Assembly (NCBI GenBank): GCA_963783575.1
Contig: CAWAOD010000002.1
Coordinates: 1-30,641, forward strand
Source of the DNA: an uncultured Spirochaetota bacterium
GTDB taxonomy: Bacteria; Spirochaetota; Brevinematia; Brevinematales; JAOACQ01
Length of the DNA: 30,641 nt
Reading direction: 5' to 3'
Under the pieces are notes generated by a model. That model was not told the DNA's origin, searched no databases, and was given only the letters and a program-made list of their open reading frames with translations. The position numbers and the translations under genes are program-made. Each line of letters begins with the position of its first letter. The first letter of the stretch is position 1. Shown one piece after another: positions 27,996-30,641 of this stretch.

Positions 27996-28056
27996 TGTAT
28001 ATTACCCCTGGTTTTATTTTATATAGAAACAAAATCATTCTAAGATCTTGATTTTT

Positions 28057-28091
28057 AAGATTCGGGGTATGAAAATCATACCCCGAATCTT
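28057..28091 (-). terminator. Intercistronic stem-loop between araF and araG
   Basis: Perfect 16-bp stem AAGATTCGGGGTATGA-AAA-TCATACCCCGAATCTT. Confidence 0.7.
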
Positions 28092-28115
28092 TTAATTTAA
28101 TTTTGTCTTATACAT

Positions 28116-29108
28116 TTATTTAGGAATAGCTATTCCGGAATCCGTGTAAACCTTCTTCCAATTTTCTTTTGTGATAAGAGTTCCTGCAGTTCTGGTATCC
28201 GCAGCCGGTACTGTACCTTTTGTAATCCAATCAAACATCATTTTTGTTGTATTATAACCATGTACTTTTGCCGCTAAAAGAATGGTCCCATAGAAACCGG
28301 TAGCAGTAGGTTTGGTCCATTCATTTACTGCAACGGATCCACCATTGATGCCAACAGCGCAAATGTCAGCAGCTTTGAATCCCCTGCCTTCAAGAGCGCG
28401 AACGCCGCCGATCACAGATTCTTCATTTCCTGAGAATAGAAGCCAGTGTTTAAAATTAGGGTTCTTTGTAATAACGATTGTAGAAGCGTCAAATCCGCCG
28501 GGAGTATCGTTGCTCTTCTCGGGAGCTTCTAATATATTAGCCTGAGGGAAACCTGCGGCGAGCAGAGATTTAATAGCGCCATCTGTTCTGTCTTTAATAG
28601 TCTGAAGCTCATTGAAGCTGATTTCAATAGCAGCGGTTTCTGATGCTTTCCAGCCGCGTTTCTTAAATTGATTGGCAAGAGTCGCGCCAACATTTTCGCC
28701 AATTTTACCGGCAGAAATGCCAAGATAAGGAACCTCAGCCATAGGATTACCGTTGGCATCTACCCAGCGGTCATCAACAGCTATGTACTTCAATCCGAGA
28801 GAATCCGCTTTTGCTTTAATAGCAGATCCAAGTTTCGGATCGGGAGTGCAGATTACGAAACCCTTGGCACCCTGTGCGGCAAGAGTATCCAATGCAGCAA
28901 GGACTTTGTCGCCATCAGTAGCGCCAATCGGTATTACTGTAAAACCAAAATCTTTAGCGCATTGGGCGGCAAACTTCTGTTCCAGTTGAAACCAGGATTC
29001 TTCGGGTTGTTTTACCAGGAAGCCAATCTTCACGTCTGCAGCAAAACTTGCAGCAGTAAACCCAGCTGTTAATAGAAGACTCACTAAAACCAAACACAAC
29101 TTCTTCAT
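28116..29108 (-). CDS. araF: L-arabinose-binding periplasmic protein
   Basis: Signal peptide; KIGFLVKQPEESWFQLE, GAKGFVICTPDPKLGSAI, AVDDR, GGVRALEG, GING are hallmark AraF segments; AAGGAGGAG RBS. Confidence 0.92.
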   Translation of the reverse strand: MKKLCLVLVSLLLTAGFTAASFAADVKIGFLVKQPEESWFQLEQKFAAQCAKDFGFTVIPIGATDGDKVLAALDTLAAQGAKGFVICTPDPKLGSAIKAKADSLGLKYIAVDDRWVDANGNPMAEVPYLGISAGKIGENVGATLANQFKKRGWKASETAAIEISFNELQTIKDRTDGAIKSLLAAGFPQANILEAPEKSNDTPGGFDASTIVITKNPNFKHWLLFSGNEESVIGGVRALEGRGFKAADICAVGINGGSVAVNEWTKPTATGFYGTILLAAKVHGYNTTKMMFDWITKGTVPAADTRTAGTLITKENWKKVYTDSGIAIPK

Positions 29109-29303
29109 AAACTCCTCCTTTAATATTATTTATTTCGAAGTGTCTTTTAGGATCTTTCATTTCTCTTTAAAAATAATTTACTTTTATCATAGAGCGGATT
29201 GCACAATGAATACCATATATAAATTGAACATTTTAATGGACAATTTGAGCAATTTATATAATTATTTAAAATATATTTTCTAATATTTGTGCATAAAATG
29301 GAT

Positions 29304-29337
29304 TTTTTGGTATTATAGATATGATTTTTGGTAATAT
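29304..29337. promoter_or_regulatory. Tandem direct repeat with 21-bp period upstream of araF (candidate AraC-type binding site)
   Basis: TTTTTGGTATTAT (29304-29316) and TTTTTGGTAATAT (29325-29337). Confidence 0.45.
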
Positions 29338-29361
29338 TTTTGATTCACCACTGATAAATTT

Positions 29362-30429
29362 TTATTCTATGATGTAATCTACCCTGCCATCTCTGAATTT
29401 TACCGGGGATAAATTTACTTTTTCTTTAAAAATACGCGAGAAATAATAAGGATCATCAAAACCAAGCTTAATGGCGATTTCCTTGATTTCAAGATTTGTA
29501 TAAATCAGCATTTCTTTTGCTTTTTCCATTTTAATTTTTATGAAATACTGATTTGGAGATAAGCCTGTCTCCACTTTAAAACGCCTTCTAAAATTCTCAT
29601 ATCCCATATAAACTTCTACAGCTACTTTATGGAAATCAATATTATTATCCATAACCCTTTCTTCCATGATCATCTTGGCTTTATGGATAGGGTCATGAAC
29701 CTGCTGTATCTGTAGTTTTTGAGAGGATAAAAGCAATTCATTAATTTTATCATCTGAAATATCTATACTGTTTTCCAATTCAATTAATTTTGAATTTTTA
29801 ATTAAATATAATTTATCAACCAGTACTTTTACATCTTCTGCGGTACTCGGGAGAATTATAATACATTTTCCTTTATTCTTTAATTCTTTGATTATGGAAA
29901 CGAAGGCTTCAAACTGTCTTAAACTCATTAAACGGGTAATCTGGCCAAATACATAATAATCGCAGTCCATTGTCAAAACCCTTGCAATTTCCACCATCAG
30001 TTTTTCATTTGGATTCAATTGTTTTAATTTCAACTTAATATTAATAGGCGTCTGAAGCTTTTCCAAAACCGAAATTCCTTTTTTAATCATTAGTTTCTTG
30101 TTTATAAAACCATATCTCGAATAAAGATTGGAACTGCTTAAAAAAATATTTTCAAGAACTGTCATATTATCTATCAAATTAAAGTTTTGTCTCATTATTC
30201 CAATATTTTTTATCCTGCTATTGTGTAATAATTTTTGATTCATAAAATAGATATAGCCGGAATCCTCATTTTCTAATCCGCACAGGATATTTATAAAGAT
30301 ATCCAATGCTTTCTGATTATCCGATATAATACCGCAAATATTCCCGGTCTTTACTTCCAGATTGATATTGTCAAGCATCAGAAAATTCTCTTTTGTTATG
30401 GTAATTTTTTCCAGTTTTAAAATTTTCAT
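29362..30429 (-). CDS. AraC-family regulator with an N-terminal degenerate sugar-ABC ATPase-like domain
   Basis: N-terminal LDNINLEVKTGNICGII...ILCGLENEDSGYIY...NMTVLENIFL...MVEIARVL resembles a CUT2 NBD; C-terminal AraC HTH FRRRFKVETGLSPNQY...IKEIAIKLGFDDPYYFSRIFKEKVNLSPVKFR. Start placed at ATG 30429; a TTGACA-N17-TAATCT promoter lies at 30450-30478. Confidence 0.88.
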   Translation of the reverse strand: MKILKLEKITITKENFLMLDNINLEVKTGNICGIISDNQKALDIFINILCGLENEDSGYIYFMNQKLLHNSRIKNIGIMRQNFNLIDNMTVLENIFLSSSNLYSRYGFINKKLMIKKGISVLEKLQTPINIKLKLKQLNPNEKLMVEIARVLTMDCDYYVFGQITRLMSLRQFEAFVSIIKELKNKGKCIIILPSTAEDVKVLVDKLYLIKNSKLIELENSIDISDDKINELLLSSQKLQIQQVHDPIHKAKMIMEERVMDNNIDFHKVAVEVYMGYENFRRRFKVETGLSPNQYFIKIKMEKAKEMLIYTNLEIKEIAIKLGFDDPYYFSRIFKEKVNLSPVKFRDGRVDYIIE

Positions 30430-30613
30430 AGTATTCAACCTATTCAATTAGATTAAATCATTCCTGTATTTTTGTCAATTCAGAGAATGCCATATGATTA
30501 CATAAAAGGTATGATTTAATATTCATCATTCAATATTTTAAAATGAGATCCCAATTTAATAATCACTCAATTTGGGTATACCTAAACTGAGCGATTCTTA
30601 TTCAATAATAACT

Positions 30614-30633
30614 CCCCTCCTTGATAAGGAGGG
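30614..30633. repeat. GC-rich palindrome resembling a REP-like extragenic element (may run past the window end)
   Basis: CCCCTCCTT-GAT-AAGGAGGGG followed by a G-run (GTGGGGG) in an otherwise AT-rich region. Confidence 0.4.
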
Positions 30634-30641
30634 GGTGGGGG

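Overview
AT-rich bacterial chromosomal window. A diderm, probably a spirochaete, is inferred from the compact PriA, periplasmic binding proteins without lipoboxes and a spirochaete-style lipoprotein. Two housekeeping genes (pbp2/mrdA, priA) are followed by a ~26 kb pentose/furanose utilisation region. It holds a complete YtfQ-YtfR-YtfT-YjfF-type sugar ABC operon behind a clear sigma-54 promoter. A second YtfQ/YtfT/YjfF-like cassette has no ATPase, and its last permease is frameshifted. There is also a divergent NtrC-type activator plus histidine kinase, a repeat-rich lipoprotein, a marR-hydrolase pair, a lacI-araB-araD-(fucose-isomerase-like) operon, araFGH and an AraC-family gene. The most striking observation is that two regulators carry an N-terminal, catalytically degenerate sugar-ABC (CUT2) ATPase domain: an NBD-PAS-histidine kinase and an NBD-AraC protein. 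Each lies next to a sugar ABC transporter, suggesting signalling by regulators that dock on ABC permeases. A candidate ~100-nt structured sRNA with its own consensus promoter and several candidate operators are also visible. No rRNA, tRNA, CRISPR array or transposase was seen.
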